DNA of 22,258 bases, taken from an uncultured Pseudomonadota bacterium (GTDB taxonomy: Bacteria > Oederibacteriota > Muellerivitia > Muellerivitales > Muellerivitaceae). The position numbers and the translations under genes were made by a program. Shown piece after piece: positions 1 to 9,249 of this stretch (positions are counted from its first letter, which is position 1; every line of letters starts with the position of its first letter). Below the pieces are notes generated by a model. It saw only the letters and a program-made list of their open reading frames with translations, searched no databases and was not told where the DNA came from. The stretch lies in NCBI GenBank assembly GCA_963843375.1, contig CAWJKT010000025.1, positions 1 through 22,258 on the forward strand, read 5' to 3'.

Positions 1-1
1 G

Positions 2-745
2 GCTTTTGTTCTTATTTTTATGAGAGTGGCTGGTTTGTTTTTGTCCGCTCCTGTTTTTAGCAGCCGCAATATTCCTGTTATGGTAAAGGCTTCTTGGATA
101 TTGCTTGTTGCTTTTCTCCTTTTCCCGGTGGTGGATTTTAAGGCTGAAACTTTACCGGTTCCCGGTTTTCCATTTGCTTTTGCAGTTGTAAGGGAATTAT
201 TGGTTGGCTTTTCAATAGGGATGGGAGCGACCCTTGTTTTTACAGGAATTCAGTTTGCGGGTCAAATCGTAGATATTCAAATGGGACTAGGCATGGTCAA
301 TATCATCGATCCGCTTACAAGCACGCAGATATCAATAATGGGCCAGTATTATTATATGATTGCCACAATGGTATTTTTGGCGGCTGATGGAGATCATCTT
401 CTGTTAAAGGGAATGGTGGATAGTTTTGGTATTGTTCCGCTTGGGCAAGCGCATCTTTCAGTTGCTTTGGGAACGAAAATGATGGGGCTATTTTCACAGA
501 TTTTTTTTATTGCTTTTCGTATCGGGGCACCAGTAATTGGGGCTCTTTTTATAACGAATATGGCCTTGGGAATAGTTGCTCGTACGGTTCCGCAAATGAA
601 CGTTTTTATAGTTGGAATGCCCTTGAATTTGGGCGTTGGGTTACTCATTTCCGCCGTATCGATGAGTTTTTTTACGTTCATGATGGAGGGTTTGTTTAAG
701 GGGATGTACAGGGATTTGGCAGTTCTAGTCCAAGCCATGAGATAG
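2..745 (+). CDS. fliR: Flagellar export apparatus protein FliR (5' end outside window)
   Basis: Hydrophobic multi-TM protein with FliR motifs 'FAGQIVDIQMGL' and 'ARTVPQMNVFIVGMP'. The frame is open from base 2 (AFVLIFMR...), so the true start is upstream. Lies directly before flhB. Confidence 0.95.
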   Translation, partial: AFVLIFMRVAGLFLSAPVFSSRNIPVMVKASWILLVAFLLFPVVDFKAETLPVPGFPFAFAVVRELLVGFSIGMGATLVFTGIQFAGQIVDIQMGLGMVNIIDPLTSTQISIMGQYYYMIATMVFLAADGDHLLLKGMVDSFGIVPLGQAHLSVALGTKMMGLFSQIFFIAFRIGAPVIGALFITNMALGIVARTVPQMNVFIVGMPLNLGVGLLISAVSMSFFTFMMEGLFKGMYRDLAVLVQAMR

Positions 746-781
746 CATCACATAAATAAAATACTTTAAACCCAGGAATTT

Positions 782-1852
782 ATGGCCGACCCATCACGCA
801 GTGAAAAAGCGACGCCGAAACGAAAGCAAGAAGCCCGAGAAAAGGGTCAAATTGCTCGTTCCGTGGAAGTTAATTCTGCGCTTGTTCTTTTAGCGGCATT
901 AACGGCCTTTCGATACGGTGGGTCTTATATGGTTGATTCGATGAATAACCTTGCCGTTTTTACTTATCAAAACATGAACACTTCATTCGGCACGGAAAAT
1001 ATCTATTCCATGGCTCTTTTTTATATGGGACAGATCTTTAAAATTGTTGGACCTGTTTTGGGCACGGTATTAGCGGTTGGCCTACTGATTAATTATCTAC
1101 AAGTCGGAGTCTTATTCAGTCTGAAGCCTCTTACACCTAAGTTGAGCAATTTAAATCCAATTGGGGGATTTCAAAAGCTGTTTTCGAGAAGGTCGGCAAT
1201 CGAAATTCTAAAATCGCTTTTGAAGTTATCAATTATTGGAGGTATTGCTTATTGGGGTGTAAAGAACGCATTGCCTGAACTGGTGCCGACGATGGACATG
1301 CAGGGCGCCGCGGCTTTATCTTTTGTTGGGGCTTTGACACTAAAAATATTGGATTGGATTATTTTTGCCTTAATGGCACTAGCGCTTTTGGATTATTTTT
1401 ATCAAAGGTGGGAATATGATCAAAGCTTAATGATGACTAAGCAGGAAATTAGGGATGAATTTAAGCAATCCGAAGGCGACCCAATGATTAAAGCCCGAAT
1501 TAGGCAAATTCAACGGGAGATGGCCCGACGTCGTATGTTTGAATCTATTCCCCGCGCAGATGTGGTTATTACGAACCCGACACACGTTGCTGTCGCCTTG
1601 GAATATAAAGAGGGAATGCAAGCTCCAATGATCCTAGCAAAAGGAGAAAGGGTAATTGCTGAGCGAATTAAAGAAATGGCCAAAAAATATAATGTTCCAA
1701 TTGTCGAAAACCCTCCCTTGGCCCGGGCGCTTTTAAAACAATGTCCTGTCGGCGCTCCAATTTCCCCTGATCTATTCGAGGCGGTCGCTGAAGTTCTTGC
1801 ATTCGTTTATCGTATGAATAAACGAAGTGCCGGAACGGCCACTGCTTTTTAA
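782..1852 (+). CDS. flhB: Flagellar export substrate-specificity switch protein FlhB
   Basis: N-terminal 'SEKATPKRKQEAREKGQ', TM segments, 'KQSEGDP' and the NPTH autocleavage site ('VVITNPTHVAVAL'). Confidence 0.98.
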   Translation: MADPSRSEKATPKRKQEAREKGQIARSVEVNSALVLLAALTAFRYGGSYMVDSMNNLAVFTYQNMNTSFGTENIYSMALFYMGQIFKIVGPVLGTVLAVGLLINYLQVGVLFSLKPLTPKLSNLNPIGGFQKLFSRRSAIEILKSLLKLSIIGGIAYWGVKNALPELVPTMDMQGAAALSFVGALTLKILDWIIFALMALALLDYFYQRWEYDQSLMMTKQEIRDEFKQSEGDPMIKARIRQIQREMARRRMFESIPRADVVITNPTHVAVALEYKEGMQAPMILAKGERVIAERIKEMAKKYNVPIVENPPLARALLKQCPVGAPISPDLFEAVAEVLAFVYRMNKRSAGTATAF

Positions 1853-1975
1853 CGGTGATATAAGGTTAAAATTGCTAATAAATGGATTAAAAGGATGAAT
1901 GAAGAAATTGAAAATTGCGGTTACAATACTCATTCATTCCAATTATTAGGTCACTGGATTTTTTGAGAGGAAGCC

Positions 1976-4063
1976 ATGGCAGAAGCAACGGCGATGAATA
2001 CAATTCAAAAAAACAGCGACTTGTTTGTTGCGTTCGTTGTGATTTTGTTTGTTTTGATGTTAATCATTCCCCTTCCTCCAATCTTTTTGGATGTTTTGAT
2101 TTCCTTTAATATTACGATGGCTTTAGTTGTGGCCTTAATCACGATGTACACTTTGGAACCGTTGCATTTTTCAATTTTCCCAACCTTGCTTTTAATAACC
2201 ACTATTTTTCGTTTGGCCCTTAATATTTCAGCCACCCGGTTGATTCTATTGCATGGAAACGAAAGTTCTGCCGCGGCCGGTCGAGTGATTGAGACGGTTG
2301 GTACTTTTGTGATCGGTGGAAGCTATTGGGTAGGGTTTGTCATTTTCCTCATTTTAATTATCGTTCAATTTGTTGTGATCACCAGTGGTTCGCAACGTGT
2401 CGCTGAGGTGGCTGCCCGGTTTACATTGGATGCTATGCCAGGAAAACAAATGGCTATCGATGCGGATCTGAATTCCGGTTTGATTACGGATGATCAGGCA
2501 AGGAAACGACGCAAGGAAGTTGAAAGAGAAGCGGACTTTTACGGTGCCATGGATGGTGCTAGTAAGTTCGTGCGGGGAGATTCTATTGCCGCCATTATCA
2601 TTGTGATTGTTAATATTTTGGGCGGGTTAGCAGTTGGGTTCTTTAAAAGTGGATTGACATTGGGAGAAATCCTCCAGCGATACAGTCTCTTAACCATTGG
2701 AGATGGACTGGCAACGCAAATACCCGCTTTGCTTTTATCATTCGCCACCGGTGTTGTCGTTACGAGAGCCGCGTCAGATAGCAATCTTGGAACGGATTTG
2801 GTCCGTCAGATTATTTCCCAACCAAGAGCGTTATGGATTGCTTCCGCGGTTCTTTTTGGAGCGGGCCTTGTTCCTGGTTTACCGCATTTTGCTTTCATTT
2901 TTATTTCGATTTTGACTGGATCCCTTGCTTATTTTGTTGAACAAGCCTTGAAAAAGGACATAGAAACCGTTGCTGAAAAAGAAAAAGCTCAAATGGGAAC
3001 GGAAAAAAAGAAAGAGCCTGAAAATGTCACCTCGCTTCTTCAAGTGGATCATTTGGAAGTGGAAATTGGATATAGCCTTATTCCGTTAGTTGATGAAGCT
3101 CAAGGCGGAGACCTTTTAGAAAGAATTACGGGTATTCGTAGGCAAATGGCCAGTGACTTGGGATTGGTTGTTCCGCCTATTCGAATTCGTGACAATATGC
3201 AATTACAACCCTCCGAATATGTGATCAAAATTAAAGGGGTTGAAGTTTCGAAATGGAAAATAATGCCCGGCCATCTTTTGGCAATGTCAACAGGGTCAAA
3301 TATGCCGAAAATTCAGGGTATAGAGACAAAAGAACCCACCTTTAATCTTGTTTCTTATTGGATTACCGATGAGGAAAAAGGGTTAGCGGAACAAGCTGGA
3401 TATTCAGTGGTGGATGTATCGACCGTCATCGCTACCCATTTAACCGAGGTGATTCGTAATCAAGCTCATGAATTCTTGACCCGACAAAGTGTTTCTAAAT
3501 TAGTGGATGCGGTCAAAAAAGACGCGCCAACAGTGGTGGATGAGTTAGTTCCTGCCCAATTATCTATAGGGGATCTTCAGAAAATCCTCCAAAATCTTTT
3601 GCGAGAGCACATACCAATCCGAGATTTAGAGAGTATTCTTGAAGCGGTGGCAGATCACGTTCGTGAAACAAAAGATGTTCAGTTGTTGACGGAATATGCT
3701 CGAAAGGGCTTATCTAGGTCCATTACCAAATTGCATCAGGCGGCAGACGGAAAAGTTTATGGTTTGACGTTAGATCCAAACCTTGAAAAAAGAATTATGG
3801 ATTCAGTTCAAGCGGCCGAAAGTGGATCTATCACCGCGATGGATCCGAGGTTTATTCAACAAATATTCCGAAGTCTTTCGTCGGGAATTGAAAAAATGGC
3901 TGGCTCGGGCCGCCAGCCTCTGGTTCTTTGTTCCCCTAACGTAAGGCCATATTTTAAAAAATTAATCGAAAGATTTATTCCCCATTTGACAGTGCTATCT
4001 TTTAGCGAACTTTTACCTAGGACTGAAATACAGTCCGCCGGTGTAATTGAGGCAGGCGAATGA
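1976..4063 (+). CDS. flhA: Flagellar export gate protein FlhA
   Basis: FHIPEP signature 'RVAEVAARFTLDAMPGKQMAIDADL' and 'FYGAMDGASKFVRGD'; 695 aa; GAGG RBS before the ATG. Confidence 0.98.
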   Translation: MAEATAMNTIQKNSDLFVAFVVILFVLMLIIPLPPIFLDVLISFNITMALVVALITMYTLEPLHFSIFPTLLLITTIFRLALNISATRLILLHGNESSAAAGRVIETVGTFVIGGSYWVGFVIFLILIIVQFVVITSGSQRVAEVAARFTLDAMPGKQMAIDADLNSGLITDDQARKRRKEVEREADFYGAMDGASKFVRGDSIAAIIIVIVNILGGLAVGFFKSGLTLGEILQRYSLLTIGDGLATQIPALLLSFATGVVVTRAASDSNLGTDLVRQIISQPRALWIASAVLFGAGLVPGLPHFAFIFISILTGSLAYFVEQALKKDIETVAEKEKAQMGTEKKKEPENVTSLLQVDHLEVEIGYSLIPLVDEAQGGDLLERITGIRRQMASDLGLVVPPIRIRDNMQLQPSEYVIKIKGVEVSKWKIMPGHLLAMSTGSNMPKIQGIETKEPTFNLVSYWITDEEKGLAEQAGYSVVDVSTVIATHLTEVIRNQAHEFLTRQSVSKLVDAVKKDAPTVVDELVPAQLSIGDLQKILQNLLREHIPIRDLESILEAVADHVRETKDVQLLTEYARKGLSRSITKLHQAADGKVYGLTLDPNLEKRIMDSVQAAESGSITAMDPRFIQQIFRSLSSGIEKMAGSGRQPLVLCSPNVRPYFKKLIERFIPHLTVLSFSELLPRTEIQSAGVIEAGE

Positions 4064-5265
4064 GAATAAGAAGATACGAAGCCCCCACCATTCAAGAAGC
4101 CCTCGTTAAAGTGAAAAAGGATTTGGGCCCAGAAGCTGTGATTTTATACACAAAAACTTTTCGAAAAGGTGGGGTTTTGGGGTTGTTTGGACGGCCCATG
4201 GCCGAAATTACCGCTGGTATTGATTTGAATCTTTTGGATGATGTGGTTAAAAAGAAAACAACAATTCATTCGGCTCCATCCGTAGTTGATCGGGGAGAAA
4301 CTTCGGTTCGTCCACCGGCAACTATCGGGTCCTCTCCACCAGTTTATTCTCCTTTGGGTTCTTTGGATCCAGCTCGTGCAAAAGTGAAGGCTCTTCAAAG
4401 AGAATTAAACGAAATGAAAACATCCAGTGTCGCGACGGCCTTCCGGGACTTAACTCAAACAGATTCCACAGGGGTTCTTTCGGAAGGGTTTAATCAGATC
4501 AAAAAAAAATTTGCGAAACAAGAAGTGGAAGATTTTCTTATTCAAAAAATGGTCAAAGGAATGATTGCGGATAGAATTGATCCGGATAAAACCGGGGAGG
4601 TTTTCGCTTGGACCAATCGATTCGTGGCTGGGGCTGTCAAAATTGCGCCGGCTGCGCCTGATGTTAATTTTCAACGTGTTATAGCTTTTGTTGGCCCAAC
4701 AGGAGTGGGTAAAACTACAACCTTGGCCAAATTGGCGGCCCGTTATAGTCTTATGGAACGAAAAAAAGTAGCCATGGTAACCGCCGATACCTACCGTATC
4801 GCGGCGACCGAACAACTAAAAACTTATGGAAAAATCATGGGAATCCCGGTGGATGTTGCGGATTCAGCGGAGGATATATCAGCAATTCTGGCCAAATATA
4901 AGAATGTGGATTTGGTTTTAGTCGATACGGCAGGCCGGAGTCCTTCGAGCGACGAACAACTCGATGAACTAAAACACTTTATCGCTCGGAGCCAACCAGA
5001 TGAAATTCATTTGGTTTTATCCGCTACAACTAAGTATTTTGACATGATTCGAATAATTGAAAGGTTTGGTTCAGCGGTACCAATAAACCGGATGATTTTC
5101 ACGAAATTGGATGAAACTCGTTATTACGGGGCTTTTTTAAATCTGATGAATAACTTTCAAATACCACTTTCTTATTATGCTACGGGGCAAAATGTTCCGG
5201 ACGATTTGGAACTTCCGGAAATTCAATCGTTGTCCGAACGAATAACTAGGATGCTTTTAAGCTAG
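4060..5265 (+). CDS. flhF: SRP-family GTPase FlhF
   Basis: N-terminal 'ALVKVKKDLGPEAVIL'; GTPase motifs GPTGVGKTTT, DTYRIAA, DTAGRS, TKLDET, GQNVPDD; ATGA overlap with flhA. Confidence 0.97.
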   Translation: MRIRRYEAPTIQEALVKVKKDLGPEAVILYTKTFRKGGVLGLFGRPMAEITAGIDLNLLDDVVKKKTTIHSAPSVVDRGETSVRPPATIGSSPPVYSPLGSLDPARAKVKALQRELNEMKTSSVATAFRDLTQTDSTGVLSEGFNQIKKKFAKQEVEDFLIQKMVKGMIADRIDPDKTGEVFAWTNRFVAGAVKIAPAAPDVNFQRVIAFVGPTGVGKTTTLAKLAARYSLMERKKVAMVTADTYRIAATEQLKTYGKIMGIPVDVADSAEDISAILAKYKNVDLVLVDTAGRSPSSDEQLDELKHFIARSQPDEIHLVLSATTKYFDMIRIIERFGSAVPINRMIFTKLDETRYYGAFLNLMNNFQIPLSYYATGQNVPDDLELPEIQSLSERITRMLLS

Positions 5266-5274
5266 GGGGAAGCT

Positions 5275-6174
5275 TTGCAGGATCAAGCCGAAAACCTTCG
5301 TCAGTTAGTAGGAAGAATCAATAGCTCGGATTCTTTAGGTAAGCTTTTGACTCCTACACCCCAATGTCGGGTGATCGCTGTTACAAGCGGTAAAGGGGGA
5401 GTGGGTAAAACAAATATTTCCGTGAATCTGGCTTTAGCCTTTTCCAATCGGGGGAAGAAAGTTCTTTTGTATGATGCAGATATGGGCCTTGCAAATGTTG
5501 ATGTAATGCTTGGCATTATCCCACAATTCACTCTTTTGAATGTTTTGAACGGGCAAAAGAATCTCAAAGAAATTATTGTTGAAGGGCCTGGTGGAATTCA
5601 TTTGGTTGCTTCTGGATCTGGAGGCGTCCAGGAACTTGCCGATTTAAATGAAAACCAACGGAGCAAATTTTTAGACGCTCTATTAGAATTGCAACACCAG
5701 GCAGAAATTATTCTTATTGATACGGGTGCGGGTCTTCACCGCAACGTCCTGGCTTTTGCTTTAGCGGCCGAAGAGGTTATCGTGGTTACCACTCCGGAGC
5801 CCACGGCTTTGATGGATGCCTATGGAATGATCAAAATCCTTTTTCGCGAAAAGAAAAGTCCCGTTATCAATGTTGTTGTGAACATGGCCGAACATCAGAT
5901 GGAAGCTGACGAAGCGGGAAAAAAATTGGTGGTATTATCTAAAAGATTTTTAAATTTAAATGTCGAATATATTGGTTTTGTTCCCCGCGATGCTGGAATG
6001 GTCAGGGCGGTAAAAGAACAAAAACCAGTGCTGTTGTCTTCGCAATTAAGTCCGGCTGCGGTTCATTTGAACCGGTTAGCGGAAATTCTTTTGTCGGGAA
6101 AAGCTCAAGCGGGTGAAGGAAATCTGCTTCAGTTTTTTAAAAAAGTCACAAAAATATTTAGCGGCAACGAATAA
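5275..6174 (+). CDS. flhG: MinD-like ATPase FlhG/FleN (flagellar number regulator)
   Basis: N-terminal 'DQAENLR' motif, deviant Walker A 'SGKGGVGKT', 'DADMGLAN', 'TTPEPTA'; follows flhF; TTG start after GGGGGA. Confidence 0.95.
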   Translation: MQDQAENLRQLVGRINSSDSLGKLLTPTPQCRVIAVTSGKGGVGKTNISVNLALAFSNRGKKVLLYDADMGLANVDVMLGIIPQFTLLNVLNGQKNLKEIIVEGPGGIHLVASGSGGVQELADLNENQRSKFLDALLELQHQAEIILIDTGAGLHRNVLAFALAAEEVIVVTTPEPTALMDAYGMIKILFREKKSPVINVVVNMAEHQMEADEAGKKLVVLSKRFLNLNVEYIGFVPRDAGMVRAVKEQKPVLLSSQLSPAAVHLNRLAEILLSGKAQAGEGNLLQFFKKVTKIFSGNE

Positions 6175-6261
6175 GATTTGAATTTGAAAATGGTTGTTTG
6201 GGGTCACGGGTTGAGGGTAAAAGTCAAATTGATATTGTTTATGATGACAAGAACTTAATGT

Positions 6262-6275
6262 TTGATAAATATCAA
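6262..6275. promoter_or_regulatory. FNR/CRP-family-type palindromic box
   Basis: TTGAT-AAAT-ATCAA is an exact match to TTGAT-N4-ATCAA, just upstream of the RBS for ATG 6292. Confidence 0.4.
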
Positions 6276-6291
6276 GGAGCAGGAGAGAACA

Positions 6292-6705
6292 ATGGCCAGA
6301 CGTGAAAAAGATCGCCTTTATTACGAAATTACAAAAGAGAAACCTTTTGGTTCTTTTCAAATGTTATTGGTGGGTGGTTCCGCCGGTTCAGTTACAGGCT
6401 TTTTGATTGCTTCATTGGTTGGAGCCTATGAAGGTATGGAAATGGACGTTTTAGTTTTTGTGTTTTTAGTTGCCTCTTTTTTGGGATTTTTCTTTGGAGC
6501 GATTCTTATGTGGCTCTGTATACGTTATTTTGGAAAATTGGTTACTGATATTCCATTGGTGGGAGAGGCACCGTCAAGTACCCCTATGGAAGAAACATCG
6601 GAATCCATTATTTCATCTGAAGAAAATCCGGTTTTAGACAATGAAGCGGGAAAAGGGAAATCGGTGGATTTTGTCTTTCCTGAGCTTTCCCCTGATAAGC
6701 AATAG
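6292..6705 (+). CDS. Two-TM membrane protein, probable FlgV-like flagellar protein
   Basis: ATG 6292 follows AGGAG, a better start than TTG 6262. Two hydrophobic helices are followed by an acidic low-complexity tail ending 'GKGKSVDFVFPE'. Its position between flhG and fliA matches flgV in Campylobacter. Confidence 0.6.
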   Translation: MARREKDRLYYEITKEKPFGSFQMLLVGGSAGSVTGFLIASLVGAYEGMEMDVLVFVFLVASFLGFFFGAILMWLCIRYFGKLVTDIPLVGEAPSSTPMEETSESIISSEENPVLDNEAGKGKSVDFVFPELSPDKQ

Positions 6706-6714
6706 TTGGAGAAG

Positions 6715-7555
6715 ATGTCCGAAGAAATTTTAAATTCAATCTGGGCGCGCCATTTAAAAAAGAAAATGGATATGCCAGGCCCGTGAGGAGTTGGCCAAAA
6801 CTTATTTTTTTTTAGTGGAAGCTGAAACCCGAAGAATGCTGGCCCGATTGCCTTTGAGAGCTTATTGGGAAAAAAAGGAAGATCTTGCTTCAGCAGGTGT
6901 TATTGGCCTTTTGCAAGCCTTAGATCATTTTGTTCCACCAAAGGAAAAAAGTATCAATCCAGGCAGGGCATTTGAAGCTTATGCAAGATATCGGATTCGG
7001 GGCCAAATGGTAGATGAGCTTCGAAATTTAGATTTTGCAAGGAGAAACTTACGCAAACAAGCTAGGGCGATTCAAGAAGCGGAAAGAAAACTGGAAGGCC
7101 GATTAGGAAGGTCTCCGCGTGCGGAAGAAACGGCTAAAACCCTGGGTATTCCGTTAAACGATTTGTACGATTGGATTGCCGAAATAAACATGCTCAACCT
7201 TTTGTCCCTAGATGCTGAAATGGGGGACGGGAAAGAAAATGGTTCGTGGGCTGATGTTATTGCGGATGCAAGTGCCGAGAATCCTCTTGATAAAGTTGAG
7301 AAACAAGAGAAAATTGACCAAGTTGCCGAAGCGCTTAAAAACTTGGGAGCTTCAGAACAAAAGGTTCTTCAACTTTATTATGTGGAATTGCTTACTTTCA
7401 AAGAAATAGGTAGGGTTTTAAAGGTAAGTGAATCCCGAATCTGTCAGATTCATCACATGGCGGTTTTTCGGTTGCAAGAATTAGTGGACGAAAGGAGGAA
7501 GCATGGCAACACTCAAGGACGCGAACGGATACACGACCATCACTACCGAAAGTGA
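6715..7555 (+). CDS. fliA: Sigma-28 RNA polymerase sigma factor FliA/SigD (apparent +1 frameshift near 6775)
   Basis: Region 2 'EDLASAGVIGLLQA...YARYRIRGQMVDELR' and region 4 'LTFKEIGRVLKVSESRICQIH'. ATG 6715 (after GGAG) gives MSEEILNSIWARHLKKKMDM; removing one C at 6775/6776 joins it to QAREELAKTY in the main frame (279 aa). Confidence 0.93.
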
Positions 7556-9185
7556 TGGGGTATATTTGACGGTTTTCCCTCCTTCCGGCAAAGGAACTCG
7601 GGTCACTTTGGAACAAGTTAAAGGTGAGCTTCAAAAGAAAAATATGTCGGTCGATAATCCTTCTGTTATTAATCAAGCTGTCGTTCAGGCCTCGGGTCGG
7701 CCTCAAAAAATTATGGACAAAAAAAGTGATGGGACGCAAGAACAAGTTTTTGTTGAGATAAGTGATGATGAAATGTCGGCCAAACTAACGGTGGTTCCAC
7801 CGCAAAAAGAGAGCGATCATTTCACTAATATTGATGATGTCAGAAATGCCTTTAAACGCCGAAATGTTGTTTATGGAATTGATGAAAATCGAATGGCGGA
7901 GCTTTCAGCCAAACTATCCCAATTCGAAGAAACTAAAAACATTAACGAACCCATCGAAATGGATATTGCTTTTGGCACCCCAACTACTAATGGGGAAGAT
8001 GCCAGGATTGAATATCTTTATAAAAAGGCTGAGGAAACGCCCCAAGCTCCTGTTCCGGAAGAAACCGATGATGGCCGAATCGATTATCGAGCCGTTCACA
8101 AAATTGACAATATTGCAAAAGGAACGATATTAGCCCATAAAATTCCACCCACAAAAGGCTTATCTGGTATGACGGTCACGGGTAAAGCGCTTGCGGCTGT
8201 GGATGGAAAAGACATTGATGTCACTATGGGAAAAGGTGTTGTGGCTTCACCTGATAATAAAGACGAGTGGATAGCGGATACCGATGGCCAGGTAATCATT
8301 AAAGAGAACAAGATATCTGTACTAGCGCTCTATGAAATTCCCGGGGACGTGAACCTTTCTACTGGCAATATTGATTTTATTGGTACGGTCATAGTGCGCG
8401 GGGATGTCAAAGATGGATTTAAAGTTTTTGCTGGGGAAGACCTTGTGGTTAATGGCGTTGTTGAAGGAGCGGAATTGAAATGTAACGGCAAACTCTCAAT
8501 TGCGGGAGGGGTTAGCGGGAACGACAAAGCAAAAATTACCTGCGCCGGTGACGCGAATATCAAATATATCAGAAACGCCATTGTCGAGATCGGCGGAAGT
8601 TTAACTTCCGGGCAAGCTATCATGCATAGCAAAGTCACCGTCGGTAAAAAGGTGACCGTTGCGGGTAAAAAAGGCGTTATTGTCGGAGGGCAAGTAATTG
8701 CGGGTGAGGAAGTTAATGCGGCTTCCATGGGCTCTAACTTCGCAACCCCTACAGAAGTCATTGTTGGTGAGGCGGTTGGATTGCGGGACGAACTTCAAAA
8801 AATGGAGACCGAATTAAAGTCAGCCGTTGAAAACCTAGATAAAACTAAAAAAGGAATTCAGTTTTTAAAAGATTTGCAAGTGAAAATGGGTGGCAATCTC
8901 CCCCCGGAGAAAAAAGAGCTTTTGACGAAATTAACAAGAGCGCAATTCAAACTCATGGCCGATACGAAAATGATGGCCGAAAAGAAACAAGATTTAGAAA
9001 AGAGAGAACATGAAGGAGCCGATGACCGCCGTCGGCACGCAAAGGTTACCTGCATGGGCGTTATTCATACGGGAGTAAAAATTACCATTAACAAGGCCAA
9101 CCGTCAAATTTCCGAGGAATTAAAGTATTGCACTCTGACCGAGTCCGATGGCGAAGTAAAAGTTGGCCCTTTCAGAGGAAATTAG
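7503..9185 (+). CDS. FapA/DUF342 flagellar assembly protein A family
   Basis: DUF342 motifs 'GEDARIEY', 'DGRIDYR', 'GDVNLSTGNIDFIGTVIVRGDV', beta-helix-like repeats and a C-terminal coiled coil; strong AAGGAGG RBS; usual position after fliA. Confidence 0.88.
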   Translation: MATLKDANGYTTITTESDGVYLTVFPPSGKGTRVTLEQVKGELQKKNMSVDNPSVINQAVVQASGRPQKIMDKKSDGTQEQVFVEISDDEMSAKLTVVPPQKESDHFTNIDDVRNAFKRRNVVYGIDENRMAELSAKLSQFEETKNINEPIEMDIAFGTPTTNGEDARIEYLYKKAEETPQAPVPEETDDGRIDYRAVHKIDNIAKGTILAHKIPPTKGLSGMTVTGKALAAVDGKDIDVTMGKGVVASPDNKDEWIADTDGQVIIKENKISVLALYEIPGDVNLSTGNIDFIGTVIVRGDVKDGFKVFAGEDLVVNGVVEGAELKCNGKLSIAGGVSGNDKAKITCAGDANIKYIRNAIVEIGGSLTSGQAIMHSKVTVGKKVTVAGKKGVIVGGQVIAGEEVNAASMGSNFATPTEVIVGEAVGLRDELQKMETELKSAVENLDKTKKGIQFLKDLQVKMGGNLPPEKKELLTKLTRAQFKLMADTKMMAEKKQDLEKREHEGADDRRRHAKVTCMGVIHTGVKITINKANRQISEELKYCTLTESDGEVKVGPFRGN

Positions 9186-9234
9186 TTTTGTCGATTTTAC
9201 TTAATCTATTGATCGATAGATTTAATTTAAAAGA

Positions 9235-9249
9235 TGGCCTCTGGAATGC
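9235..9249 (+). promoter_or_regulatory. Candidate sigma-54 (-24/-12) promoter
   Basis: TGGCCTCTGGAATGC has GG-N10-GC with flanking TGGC and TGC, in the intergenic gap before the SwrB-like gene. Confidence 0.3.

Noticed and set aside
1861..1876. Sigma-54 promoter before flhA (AAGGTTAAAATTGC)
   Set aside because: GG-to-GC spacing is 8 nt, not the required 10.
4501..4509. A9 tract in flhF (and A9 at 18114-18122 in flgI) as contingency loci
   Set aside because: Both are in frame and encode Lys runs; such tracts are expected in AT-rich DNA.
6756..6813. Slippery A_AAA_AAG heptamer and T9 tract near the fliA frameshift (programmed frameshift or phase variation)
   Set aside because: The heptamer promotes -1 shifts but +1 is needed. 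The T9 tract (6805-6813) lies after the TGA at 6784. A double -1 route would skip the conserved AREEL motif.
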